A DNA stretch of 64,000 nt from a virus. The notes beneath the pieces were generated by a model. The model did not search any database. It was not told the origin of the DNA and worked only from the letters and a program-made list of their open reading frames with translations. Positions 38,055-47,218 of this stretch are shown in pieces; the stretch's first letter is position 1, and each line of letters begins with the position of its first letter. Made by a program: the position numbers and the translations under genes. The stretch spans positions 32,001 through 96,000 of the IMG/VR virus record IMGVR_UViG_3300032293_001706, one strand, 5' to 3'.

Positions 38055-38435
38055 TTATAATTTTGCATTTATGTAAACAACAGACATTAATTTATCTCCT
38101 GTTGTATTATAATTTGACGGTAATTCATTAAATTTTTCACCTGTTCTCTGAAACGTAAAAGTTTTATCTATTCTAAATAATCTCCAACCCGGTAAAACTT
38201 TTTTACCGATTGCAACACTATGTGACGCTCCTTCAGGTTCATATGCCCTTAAAACTAAATTTCCTTTTAATGAACGTCCCAAACAAACAGGATAAACAGT
38301 TCTATATCCTTTACCACCTGGTTCGTCACCATCGTATGTTATAATAATAACATCACGATTTTTGATTGCCCTTTGCAAATCATTAAATGATACGGCTTCA
38401 GTAATAAAACTTTTTATAGTTTCAAGTAACTTCAT
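38055..38435 (-). CDS. WYL-domain-like protein
   Basis: ITY..G.RTVYPVCLG..LRAY..GWRLFRIDK resembles the WYL core. Confidence 0.6.
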   Translation of the reverse strand: MKLLETIKSFITEAVSFNDLQRAIKNRDVIIITYDGDEPGGKGYRTVYPVCLGRSLKGNLVLRAYEPEGASHSVAIGKKVLPGWRLFRIDKTFTFQRTGEKFNELPSNYNTTGDKLMSVVYINAKL

Positions 38436-38737
38436 TATCCAGGAATTTGATATGGGTTTTTTCTGTTGTATTTATTTATTTTGATGTTTTCTTTTCTGTC
38501 TATAATGTCATCTTTTGTTCCTGCATTTTCATTACCTACATCAAGAAAAATACCAGTTCCTCTACCTAAAGAATCACCATCGGCAATAGCATCTTTATTT
38601 GTGGTTCCATAAAGATTATCGACATTATAATCGTTTCTTGCAAATAATTTTTGTCTTTGTTGTTCGGCATAAAAACTCATTTGGTTTTTATCTGCTTCTG
38701 GTTGAGAAAAATCTAATTTATCATTTTGTGTACTCAT
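38435..38737 (-). CDS. Hypothetical protein
   Basis: 100 aa ORF translationally coupled on both sides. Confidence 0.55.
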   Translation of the reverse strand: MSTQNDKLDFSQPEADKNQMSFYAEQQRQKLFARNDYNVDNLYGTTNKDAIADGDSLGRGTGIFLDVGNENAGTKDDIIDRKENIKINKYNRKNPYQIPG

Positions 38738-39201
38738 AGTATTAATTTTTTAAACCAATTATTTATTTGTTCGATTTCTTCAGAAATACCTGAAATTCTT
38801 TGACTTATTTTCTTATGTGAATGTGATGGTCTAAAATCAGTTCTTAAATCATCATTCTTAGTATGTGTTGATATAAATTGATTATCCATAGCAGCATCGC
38901 TTTTTATTTGTTTTGGTAATCTTTTTCCTTCTCTTGAACTTTTAAGTTGATGTTCAACCCATCCTTTGAATGTTCCACCACCTAAGATATGATATTCAGG
39001 ACTTGATGTATTTCCGTTACTATCGAACCAGTTTTTTATTCTTTTTAATTGTTGATATGTTGCATAACCTGTTTCGGACAACTCTTTAGCTCTTTTAACA
39101 TTCTCGACACTTTGGTTGGAGTATTTAGAAATTGAATTTCTTAAAATTTCCAAAATGTGTGGAGGAATATGATAATGGTGTCCGTATAGGTCCTTATTCA
39201 C
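38734..39201 (-). CDS. Hypothetical protein (possible head morphogenesis-associated)
   Basis: TYQQLKRIKNWFD..LGG..WV motif; coupled within a TATTTAT-led operon. Confidence 0.45.
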   Translation of the reverse strand: MNKDLYGHHYHIPPHILEILRNSISKYSNQSVENVKRAKELSETGYATYQQLKRIKNWFDSNGNTSSPEYHILGGGTFKGWVEHQLKSSREGKRLPKQIKSDAAMDNQFISTHTKNDDLRTDFRPSHSHKKISQRISGISEEIEQINNWFKKLIL

Positions 39202-39898
39202 TTTTCAACATTTTTATTAATTCGTTTATGGTTATGCTTTCAGTTTCCGCTTGTTTTTTCAAAAACTTAATATTCTTTTTTAAAATTTTAGATACAGATG
39301 TTTCTTTTTTTGTAATATCCCCATCTTTCTTTGATTTTTTAACCAATATATCTTCAGTTACCTCATTTTCTTTTTCAAACAGTCTTTGCATTTTTTTCTT
39401 ACCTGGAATTTTTCCCATTTCTTTGGCTCTTTCCTCGGCATTAGATTCAATTTCTTTTTTTTCTGATTTAGATTTAGTATCTTCAATACCTAATAATTCA
39501 GATAAATAATCGACAGTTTCATCATAGGTCATAAAATCTGTTTCTTCTTCCCTACCAAAAACTTTACTCATATCTTCTTCATAAAAATGTCTTCTATACC
39601 CCATTCTAAAAATATCATAAACATTTCTTGCCATTGATATGGTTTGGTCTGTGGTTTTCTTTGGTGTAACATGTGGGTCTAATATCGGAATTTTTGAACT
39701 TAAAAAAGTTCCGTCTCTATCAACCAATTCATCTATTTCACCTTCAGATTTTTCAGATTTTCTTTTTATAACATCCAAATAACTTTTATGGTTTCTACAC
39801 GGCATGTATCTATCATTATACATTTTATGTGTTCCAATACAACCAAGTTCTTTGGCTTTTTGGACTGCTTCTTCCTTAGTTTTATATTCGTGTATCAT
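39194..39898 (-). CDS. Hypothetical protein with N-terminal DUF3721-like motif
   Basis: YKTKEEAVQKAKELGCIGTHKM..YMPC. Confidence 0.55.
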   Translation of the reverse strand: MIHEYKTKEEAVQKAKELGCIGTHKMYNDRYMPCRNHKSYLDVIKRKSEKSEGEIDELVDRDGTFLSSKIPILDPHVTPKKTTDQTISMARNVYDIFRMGYRRHFYEEDMSKVFGREEETDFMTYDETVDYLSELLGIEDTKSKSEKKEIESNAEERAKEMGKIPGKKKMQRLFEKENEVTEDILVKKSKKDGDITKKETSVSKILKKNIKFLKKQAETESITINELIKMLKSE

Positions 39899-39949
39899 TT
39901 ATAGAATTTATTTTATTATAAATACAATAATGTTTGTATTTATTTATGA

Positions 39950-42490
39950 ATGGCAACACAGAATATCAATAACTTTTATTTTAGAAGATTCGATGCATTT
40001 ACAGACGACAGTGAATATACTGATTTCTTTCTAGTTGCAGACGAAAAACAATACGATGAAGAAGTAATTTTTTCTAATCAATTAATTGCATATGAAAACG
40101 GACAAAGATTACCAATCAACATAGAATTGTTCAATACTGGTTCATCACAAAATATTTTATTATCATATGGTGAATATAATACAGGAAACACATTAGTTTC
40201 TTTAAACAATTACAATGATAATACATTAAATGATACTTGTTATAGTGCATTTACAGGTATTTGTGATGTAGGTTTAACAGCTATTGATAATGGACTTGTT
40301 ACGGATATGACAGGAAATACTTTGTATTATTCTATGGGTATCCGAGATGATTACAAGTTTGACCCATTACATTACGATAGAAGATTTAAAATGAGACCTG
40401 TAACAGGATACACACAAAGTCCTAATACAAGATTTTCAGGTATTTCGTCCCAAATATTGTATAATATTGTGACAAAAACAGGCTCAACAATTGGTCAATA
40501 TTATGACTTATATGGTGGATACCTACAAGGGTTTTATCAATTATATGGGTATGATTATAAGGTTTTACCTGAAAGAACAAATAAGGGTTGGACGGTTGAA
40601 ATGTTACTAAAACCTAGAGTAACCGATGAATTTACACCTGGTGAAAATCAAACTTATTTAAATAACATATATCCTGATAACGCTGGTACTTTCTTTTTCA
40701 TGGGTACAAGAGCGGAAAATAAATTTTGGCATTACGCTTCAGGTACAAATTCAGGGAATACAGGATATACAAGAGTAACAGAAAGTTTATCAAACGGATG
40801 TATCGAAACTTGTTCTTGTAGTAATACAGCGGTAACAAATTCAAATTGTTATACAACATATCCACTTTCGGCAATTACAATACAAAAAAATTGTTCAACG
40901 GACACCGTAATACAAACAGAAAAAAATACACAATTAGACACATATTCAAATGCACTTTCATTTAGATTAGAAGGTGACCCAACCAATCCAAAATTATGTG
41001 TAAAATACCTTTTATGGACGGGTAATTGCGAAACAACAGGAAGTTGTACAAATACCGGAGTAACTTATGAAACAGGTTATACAATTACTGAAATTTGTTC
41101 AACTGACGGAATTTATGATGTTTGTAGAACAGGAAATACTGGTATTGACAATTGGGTAATGATTAATGTCGTATTCAGTAGATATCAAACATTAGAAGAT
41201 TGTGATTTAATTAATTTAGGTGGTTTAGGTGGGATGAGAGAATTAGTTTACACGGCATCCGCAGTTGATAATACGGTGTCGTTAATTAAACCCCCTAGTA
41301 CACATCCTGATAACACATACCCCGAAAAAGTTGAAATAATTAGTTTGCAACAAAAGTGGTTAGAAGAAAGAAACTATAGATTGGGTGATTTAATTTTTTA
41401 TGTAAACGGAAAACGTTTTATGAAAATTGAAAACTTTGAAGAAATTATTCCAAGAGAATTGGATGAAGTTAAAGAAAAACAAGTAGGAGTTCCGTTTAAT
41501 ATTTCTTGGGGTGGTGGTAGTTTCGGTCTAAGAGAATCATTAACATTTAGTGGTTGTTCAGGAGCAACAGGACCATATATTCAAGACCCTGAAGTAATGT
41601 CTGAAAATACTTTAAGTGGTACTAGTCTATCAGGTCTATCAACTCCAATATTAATAGAACAAAATTTTGGTGGTACATTTATGGGTGCAATATCAGAATT
41701 TAGAATGTATATTGAACCTTTAGTTTCATCACAAATACAACATAACTACAGAATACTAAAAGATAAATACCAATTCTTTGATGTTGATTGTCCAACTTGT
41801 CCGACACCAACTCCGACACCAACACCTTCTGTTACCCCTAATCTATCACCAACTCCGACACCATCGGTTACTCCAACGGCAACAATTACATCGACACCAA
41901 CACCGACACCAAGCGAATTGCCGAAGTTGGCTTATCTATTCATAGAACCACAAACAGGTTCAACATTAATTGGTCAATACTTATACGACTTGGATAATAC
42001 AAGATTGTTCTTTGGATTTACAAACGCATCAATGCCTGATACAACAGATGCGACACAATTCAATGTGGATATGAACCAATATGTTTCTTATTCTGGTTGG
42101 TCAAATGGAGTATTCCCCGCAGTTCAAAGTGAAACTGTACCACAAACATCAGGAGGTGTTGATAGTTTTGGAAACGCAATACAAGCATACAACTTCAAAA
42201 CACACGAAGTTTCTGCTCATACGATTAATAGTCCTGCGTGGTTTACTTGGATTATTGCAACAGGTTTCACAAACGGATTACAACAATTGCAGATTGATTA
42301 TAATGTCAATGGAAATCCGAATGTATTTACAACAGTATTTACCGAATCAACAATTAGAAGTCAAACATTTACTTATACAGGTTCAACAATACCTCCTGGA
42401 ACATATAGAGTTTACACCACATTTAGTGACTTTGCATTCTATATCACAGATAATGATAATATATACTTTAAAGGTAATGTTTGTGGGTAA
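39950..42490 (+). CDS. Virion structural protein (Cys/Thr-rich, LamG-like segments, Pro-Thr linker)
   Basis: GWTVEMLLKP, IFYVNG, FMGAISEFRMY, then a CPTCPTPTPTP linker and a C-terminal beta domain. Confidence 0.55.
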   Translation: MATQNINNFYFRRFDAFTDDSEYTDFFLVADEKQYDEEVIFSNQLIAYENGQRLPINIELFNTGSSQNILLSYGEYNTGNTLVSLNNYNDNTLNDTCYSAFTGICDVGLTAIDNGLVTDMTGNTLYYSMGIRDDYKFDPLHYDRRFKMRPVTGYTQSPNTRFSGISSQILYNIVTKTGSTIGQYYDLYGGYLQGFYQLYGYDYKVLPERTNKGWTVEMLLKPRVTDEFTPGENQTYLNNIYPDNAGTFFFMGTRAENKFWHYASGTNSGNTGYTRVTESLSNGCIETCSCSNTAVTNSNCYTTYPLSAITIQKNCSTDTVIQTEKNTQLDTYSNALSFRLEGDPTNPKLCVKYLLWTGNCETTGSCTNTGVTYETGYTITEICSTDGIYDVCRTGNTGIDNWVMINVVFSRYQTLEDCDLINLGGLGGMRELVYTASAVDNTVSLIKPPSTHPDNTYPEKVEIISLQQKWLEERNYRLGDLIFYVNGKRFMKIENFEEIIPRELDEVKEKQVGVPFNISWGGGSFGLRESLTFSGCSGATGPYIQDPEVMSENTLSGTSLSGLSTPILIEQNFGGTFMGAISEFRMYIEPLVSSQIQHNYRILKDKYQFFDVDCPTCPTPTPTPTPSVTPNLSPTPTPSVTPTATITSTPTPTPSELPKLAYLFIEPQTGSTLIGQYLYDLDNTRLFFGFTNASMPDTTDATQFNVDMNQYVSYSGWSNGVFPAVQSETVPQTSGGVDSFGNAIQAYNFKTHEVSAHTINSPAWFTWIIATGFTNGLQQLQIDYNVNGNPNVFTTVFTESTIRSQTFTYTGSTIPPGTYRVYTTFSDFAFYITDNDNIYFKGNVCG

Positions 42491-42520
42491 AATAAATAAA
42501 TTAAATAGTATTTATATATA

Positions 42521-42901
42521 ATGGAATTTTTTATAAAAAAAGGCGCAACACTCCCAATTCTTAAAATGCAAATTGTTAAGGATGGTAGGAACGATTTCCG
42601 TAATTTCATGGAAGATTTGGAAAATGCAATTATTACATTTTCAATGAGGAATGAAGGTGATGGTACATTAAAAATAGCTTCAAAACCAGCATATATTGTT
42701 CAAAAATTAATGGATAATCCTGATGCTCCTGTTGAATATTATATATATTATCAGTTTACCTCTAGTGATACAAAGAAATCAGGAAGGTTTTTAGGTGAAT
42801 TTAGTGTAACCACTGCACAAGGGGAACTCATTGTTCCAATTAGAGAAAATCTTTATATTAATGTAACCGATTCATTTATTAAAACACAATATTGTTGTTG
42901 A
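42521..42901 (+). CDS. BppU-N-like Ig-fold virion protein
   Basis: FFIKKGATLP.L, YQF...DT..SG.F.GEF pattern. Confidence 0.55.
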   Translation: MEFFIKKGATLPILKMQIVKDGRNDFRNFMEDLENAIITFSMRNEGDGTLKIASKPAYIVQKLMDNPDAPVEYYIYYQFTSSDTKKSGRFLGEFSVTTAQGELIVPIRENLYINVTDSFIKTQYCC

Positions 42902-42925
42902 TTTTATAATGTCTTAATATTATCA

Positions 42926-42992
42926 TTTTCTTGAAATGAGGAAGGTAAATGTTATAATTCATGACAGCTAATACACCACTCGGAAAGGAAAA
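42926..42992 (+). promoter_or_regulatory. Candidate structured mRNA leader of the DNA polymerase gene
   Basis: Nested pairings TTTTCTT/AGGAAAA, TGAG/CTCG, GGT/ACC, TGTTAT/ATGACA; GAAAGGA 5 nt before the ATG. Confidence 0.45.
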
Positions 42993-42994
42993 AT

Positions 42995-45724
42995 ATGATT
43001 ACACAAGAAGACATTAAAAAATTTTTAGAGGGGTCAGACCCTGAAGAATTCATTACATCAATTGAATTCGATTATCAAACAGATTACATTTACAAAATTA
43101 AAGAAGTACCAGGAAAAGGTAAAATCCTTCAGAAGGATAGTTTTATTGCTTTTGCTTGGGTCGGAGATTTAAGAGGTTTGAACTTTTATAAAGGTTCAAA
43201 AGAACTACAAAAAAGTTCCATGTCGAAATATGGAATTGTAATTGAACAATTAAAAACAATGGGGGATGAAAGATTGGAAAAAGGTTTAACCTATATGGTT
43301 AAGTCTTTAAAGGGTTATAGACCGTTGATTCAATTTTTTAGAGATGGAGGTTTGGACCCTTGGGGTGAAAATTTAAGGGATAAAATAATGATATTACCTC
43401 CCGTTGAACAATATTTGGTTCAAAAAGAAAAAAGATTATTTAAAGGATTTGCCGATTATGATGAAGTTACTCGATTAGTATTTGACTTGGAAACAACTTC
43501 TCTTGAACCTAAAGATGGTAGAATTTTCATGATTGGTTTAAAAACAAACAAGGGTTATCATAAGGTAATTGAATGTTTGGAAGAAGAACAAGAAAAGGAT
43601 GCCATCATTGAGTTTTTTAATATTATAAATCAAATAAAACCATCTATCATTGGGGGACATAATTCATTTAACTTCGACTGGCATTGGATATTTGAAAGAT
43701 GTAAGATTTTGGGTTTGGACATTAAAAAAATATGTCATTCGATGAACCCTGAAAGAACAATTACACAATCAAAACAACTTCTGAAGTTAGCAAATGAGGT
43801 TGAAGATTATATGCAAACTTCAATATGGGGTTATAATATTATTGACATCTTACATTCAGTAAGAAGGGCTCAAGCAATTAATTCAAACATTAAAGCTGCG
43901 GGTTTGAAATATATTACTAAATACTTAAACGCCGAGGCACAAGACCGTGTATATATTGAACATACTGAAATCGGTTCACTATATAAAAAGAAAGAAGAAT
44001 ATTGGTTAAATATTACAAACGGAAAATATCGAAAAGTTGGATTAGACTCAAAAATTGATAGTGTATGTGAAAGAAGAAACGACATATACATTAAAACAAC
44101 AGGTGATAATATTGTTGAAAGATATCTTGATGATGACTTGGAGGAAACTCTATTAGTGGATAAGGAATTTAATCAAGCTTCATTCTTACTTGCATCAATG
44201 ATTCCAACAACGTATGAAAGGGTTTCCACAATGGGAACAGCGACATTATGGCGAATGTTGATGGTTGCCTGGTCATATAAATATGGTTTAGCAATTCCGC
44301 AAAAACAAACTAAAACCGAATTTGTTGGAGGTCTTTCAAGACTGTTAAAAGTTGGATATTCAAAAAACGTTTTGAAGTTAGACTTTAGTTCACTTTATCC
44401 ATCAATTCAATTGGTTCATGATGTGTTCCCAAAATGTGACGTAACAGGAGCGATGAAGGCAATGTTGACTTATTTTAGGGATACTAGGATTAAGTATAAA
44501 AATTTGGCTTCAGAATATAAGACAAAAGATAAAGTTTTGTCACAAACTTACGACAGAAAACAATTACCTATTAAAATTTTTATTAACTCACTATTCGGAG
44601 CGTTATCCGCCCCTCAAGTATTTCATTGGGGGGATATGTACATGGGTGAACAAATTACGACTACGGGAAGGCAATACCTTAGACAGATGTTGTATTTCTT
44701 TATGAAAAGAGGTTATACCCCATTGGTTTGTGATACGGACGGTATGAACTTTTCACTACCCGAAAATGGTGTTGATGATAGAAGATATGTTGGTAAAGGA
44801 AACAATTGGTTGGTGGAAAAAGGTAAAATTTATGAAGGGTACGAAGCCGATGTTGCAGAGTATAATGATATGTTTATGAAAGGAGCAATGGGTCTTGATT
44901 GTGATGGAACTTGGAAGTCTTGTATCAACATTGCCAGAAAAAATTACGCAACAATGGAAAATAACGGTAAAATCAAATTAACAGGAAACACAATCAAATC
45001 AAAAAAACTACCGTTATATATTGAAGAATTTTTGGATAAGGGTGTTAAAATGTTACTTGATGGGGACGGTAGTGGGTTTGTAGAATATTATTATGAATAT
45101 CTACAAAAAATCACAGATATGAAAATTCCTCTTAAATCAATTGCATCAAGGGCTAAAGTTAAAATGTCTTTAGCCGATTATAAAGTAAGATGTACTCAAA
45201 AGACAAAAGCCGGTAGTCTGATGTCGAAAATGGCACACTTAGAATTAGCTATTAGAGACGGATTAAACGTTAATTTGGGTGACGTAATTTATTATGTAAA
45301 CAACGGTACAAGAGCATCACATGGGGATGTTCAAAAGAAAAACGATTCAGTTGTGATTAATTGTTATAGATTAGACAATGAAGAACTTGAAAAAAATCCT
45401 GATATGCTTGGGGAATATAATGTTCCGAGGGCGGTAACAACATTTAATAAAAGAATTGCTCCATTAATGGTTGTTTTTAAAGATGACGTTAGGGATTCAT
45501 TATTGATTGATAATCCTGAAAAACGTGAATTTTTTACTAAAGAACAGTGTGAATTGATAAATGGTTATCCTTTGGAGGATGGTGACCAAGATGAAATCTC
45601 TGATTTGTTGAGTTTATCTGAAAGTGAAAATATATATTGGGAAAAGAGAAGTTTGAACCCTAATTATATCTATGAATTGGCCGAAGAAGGATGGGAACAA
45701 CATGTCGATTTAAATAAGAATTAA
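42995..45724 (+). CDS. polB: Family B DNA polymerase
   Basis: FDLETT, GHNSFNFD exonuclease motifs; DFSSLYPSI, KIFINSLFG, CDTDG polymerase motifs. Confidence 0.95.
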   Translation: MITQEDIKKFLEGSDPEEFITSIEFDYQTDYIYKIKEVPGKGKILQKDSFIAFAWVGDLRGLNFYKGSKELQKSSMSKYGIVIEQLKTMGDERLEKGLTYMVKSLKGYRPLIQFFRDGGLDPWGENLRDKIMILPPVEQYLVQKEKRLFKGFADYDEVTRLVFDLETTSLEPKDGRIFMIGLKTNKGYHKVIECLEEEQEKDAIIEFFNIINQIKPSIIGGHNSFNFDWHWIFERCKILGLDIKKICHSMNPERTITQSKQLLKLANEVEDYMQTSIWGYNIIDILHSVRRAQAINSNIKAAGLKYITKYLNAEAQDRVYIEHTEIGSLYKKKEEYWLNITNGKYRKVGLDSKIDSVCERRNDIYIKTTGDNIVERYLDDDLEETLLVDKEFNQASFLLASMIPTTYERVSTMGTATLWRMLMVAWSYKYGLAIPQKQTKTEFVGGLSRLLKVGYSKNVLKLDFSSLYPSIQLVHDVFPKCDVTGAMKAMLTYFRDTRIKYKNLASEYKTKDKVLSQTYDRKQLPIKIFINSLFGALSAPQVFHWGDMYMGEQITTTGRQYLRQMLYFFMKRGYTPLVCDTDGMNFSLPENGVDDRRYVGKGNNWLVEKGKIYEGYEADVAEYNDMFMKGAMGLDCDGTWKSCINIARKNYATMENNGKIKLTGNTIKSKKLPLYIEEFLDKGVKMLLDGDGSGFVEYYYEYLQKITDMKIPLKSIASRAKVKMSLADYKVRCTQKTKAGSLMSKMAHLELAIRDGLNVNLGDVIYYVNNGTRASHGDVQKKNDSVVINCYRLDNEELEKNPDMLGEYNVPRAVTTFNKRIAPLMVVFKDDVRDSLLIDNPEKREFFTKEQCELINGYPLEDGDQDEISDLLSLSESENIYWEKRSLNPNYIYELAEEGWEQHVDLNKN

Positions 45725-45734
45725 AATACTTTTT

Positions 45735-46070
45735 TTATTGATATTTAATTCCATCACTAGATAAAATAAACCAATAACCTCCAATGAAATAAAATTCGAC
45801 ACTTGAACCTGAATTTAATTCAATGTCATCATATTTGTCATCGAATTTATTTCTATCAGGTTTTATAATTGTTTTTGTTAAAGATTTAATATAAACGTGG
45901 TCGGTTGTTGAACTATCCAAAGTGATTTCACAATCGTCCACGTTTTTAACAATTATTATGTGTTCACCTTTTGTTACATAGGTTTTTTCCGACAAAATTA
46001 TGCCTTCAGAGGATTCGACCTCAATTCCATTTATAATTCTTTTTGAGGGTATATTCTTTAATATTGGCAT
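45735..46070 (-). CDS. Hypothetical protein
   Basis: 111 aa beta-rich ORF coupled to the neck gene; ends GGYWFILSSDG. Confidence 0.55.
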   Translation of the reverse strand: MPILKNIPSKRIINGIEVESSEGIILSEKTYVTKGEHIIIVKNVDDCEITLDSSTTDHVYIKSLTKTIIKPDRNKFDDKYDDIELNSGSSVEFYFIGGYWFILSSDGIKYQ

Positions 46071-47197
46071 TAAATTACGTAGAAATTTCCAGGGAAAGCT
46101 CTAAACTTCAATTGTTTGTTAAGGTTTTCAGCTATTAAAGCTTCTCTTTCCATAACCTTGTCAGGTCTTAATCTCGTTAATTGACCTTCAGCGCCAATTA
46201 GTTCTTCAAGTAGTTTCGCTCTTTCATCTTTCGCCTCAGTAGCCAAAGAAGTATAATCAAGAGTTAATTCTGAATCGGGTGTTTTTAAGTTTCCACTATA
46301 CTTTCCCCAAACACGAGAAAGAGTTTCTTTACAATATGCGGTGAACCATCTTCTAACCCATTGTTGTGCAGGAACATTTAATTCAGACCAAGAAAGTTCT
46401 TCTAATGGCACATCTGAAGGTAATTTAACGATGTCAGGGTTTTTTGCTAAACAATCATTTCTATCGCCATCTGTGGTGTCATAATACCAATACCAACATC
46501 TGTATCTGTTAAATGAAATATTTGAGAAGTCGAATCTACCACCAGGTACGTTATAAAGATGTACAATTTTCTTTCCATCAGGTGCTGCGGTGATTCTATA
46601 TGTTAAATCACCAATGATAATTCTTTGTTTGATATTTCTATCTGCCATTCTTAAAAGAACGTCAAATGCTGGCATCATAAAATAACTACCACCCACACCA
46701 AATTGTGCATATCCTGCGGGTCCACCAAGACCAGTACCTCCGAAACCATATAATCCACCCATGAACGGGTCAAAGAAAGTATCATTTAATTCCGCTCTTT
46801 GAAACCAAAGAAGTTCGTTAATTTCTCTCCCTGCAGGAATTTCATATAGTTGTTGATTTGGAACCAAATCAAAATAATCTTTTTTCAAGACCCAAGGACC
46901 ACCAGCTTGTAAACCAACAATTTTTGAATACGCATAAGTATATTGGGTTTCCCAATCTAAACTACGAGTAATAAGTGCGTTTGCAACTGAACGTTCATCC
47001 AAATTAAGACCGTTTAATGAAGTCCATTGTGAATCTATCAACCAATTAAGAACATATTGGGTATAATCACCAATAGCAAGTTCCATTAACGAATCCATTT
47101 GTTCGTCTTCCAATTCAACACCTCTAACGGGTGCTCCAAGAAGATTTCTTATTCTTCTATAAAGTCTGCTTCTTTCGGGTTCTTGTATAATAGCCAT
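46070..47197 (-). CDS. Neck/head-tail adaptor protein (gp13-like; likely start 47197)
   Basis: LGAPVRGVELEDEQM, WV..WFTAYCKE..WGKY, LATEA..E..KL.EEL architecture. Confidence 0.75.
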   Translation of the reverse strand: MAIIQEPERSRLYRRIRNLLGAPVRGVELEDEQMDSLMELAIGDYTQYVLNWLIDSQWTSLNGLNLDERSVANALITRSLDWETQYTYAYSKIVGLQAGGPWVLKKDYFDLVPNQQLYEIPAGREINELLWFQRAELNDTFFDPFMGGLYGFGGTGLGGPAGYAQFGVGGSYFMMPAFDVLLRMADRNIKQRIIIGDLTYRITAAPDGKKIVHLYNVPGGRFDFSNISFNRYRCWYWYYDTTDGDRNDCLAKNPDIVKLPSDVPLEELSWSELNVPAQQWVRRWFTAYCKETLSRVWGKYSGNLKTPDSELTLDYTSLATEAKDERAKLLEELIGAEGQLTRLRPDKVMEREALIAENLNKQLKFRAFPGNFYVI

Positions 47198-47218
47198 TAA
47201 CAATAAATATCATAGATA

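Noticed and set aside
41790-41915. ccaact/ccgaca repeats
   Set aside because: Encode a Pro-Thr linker in the structural protein.
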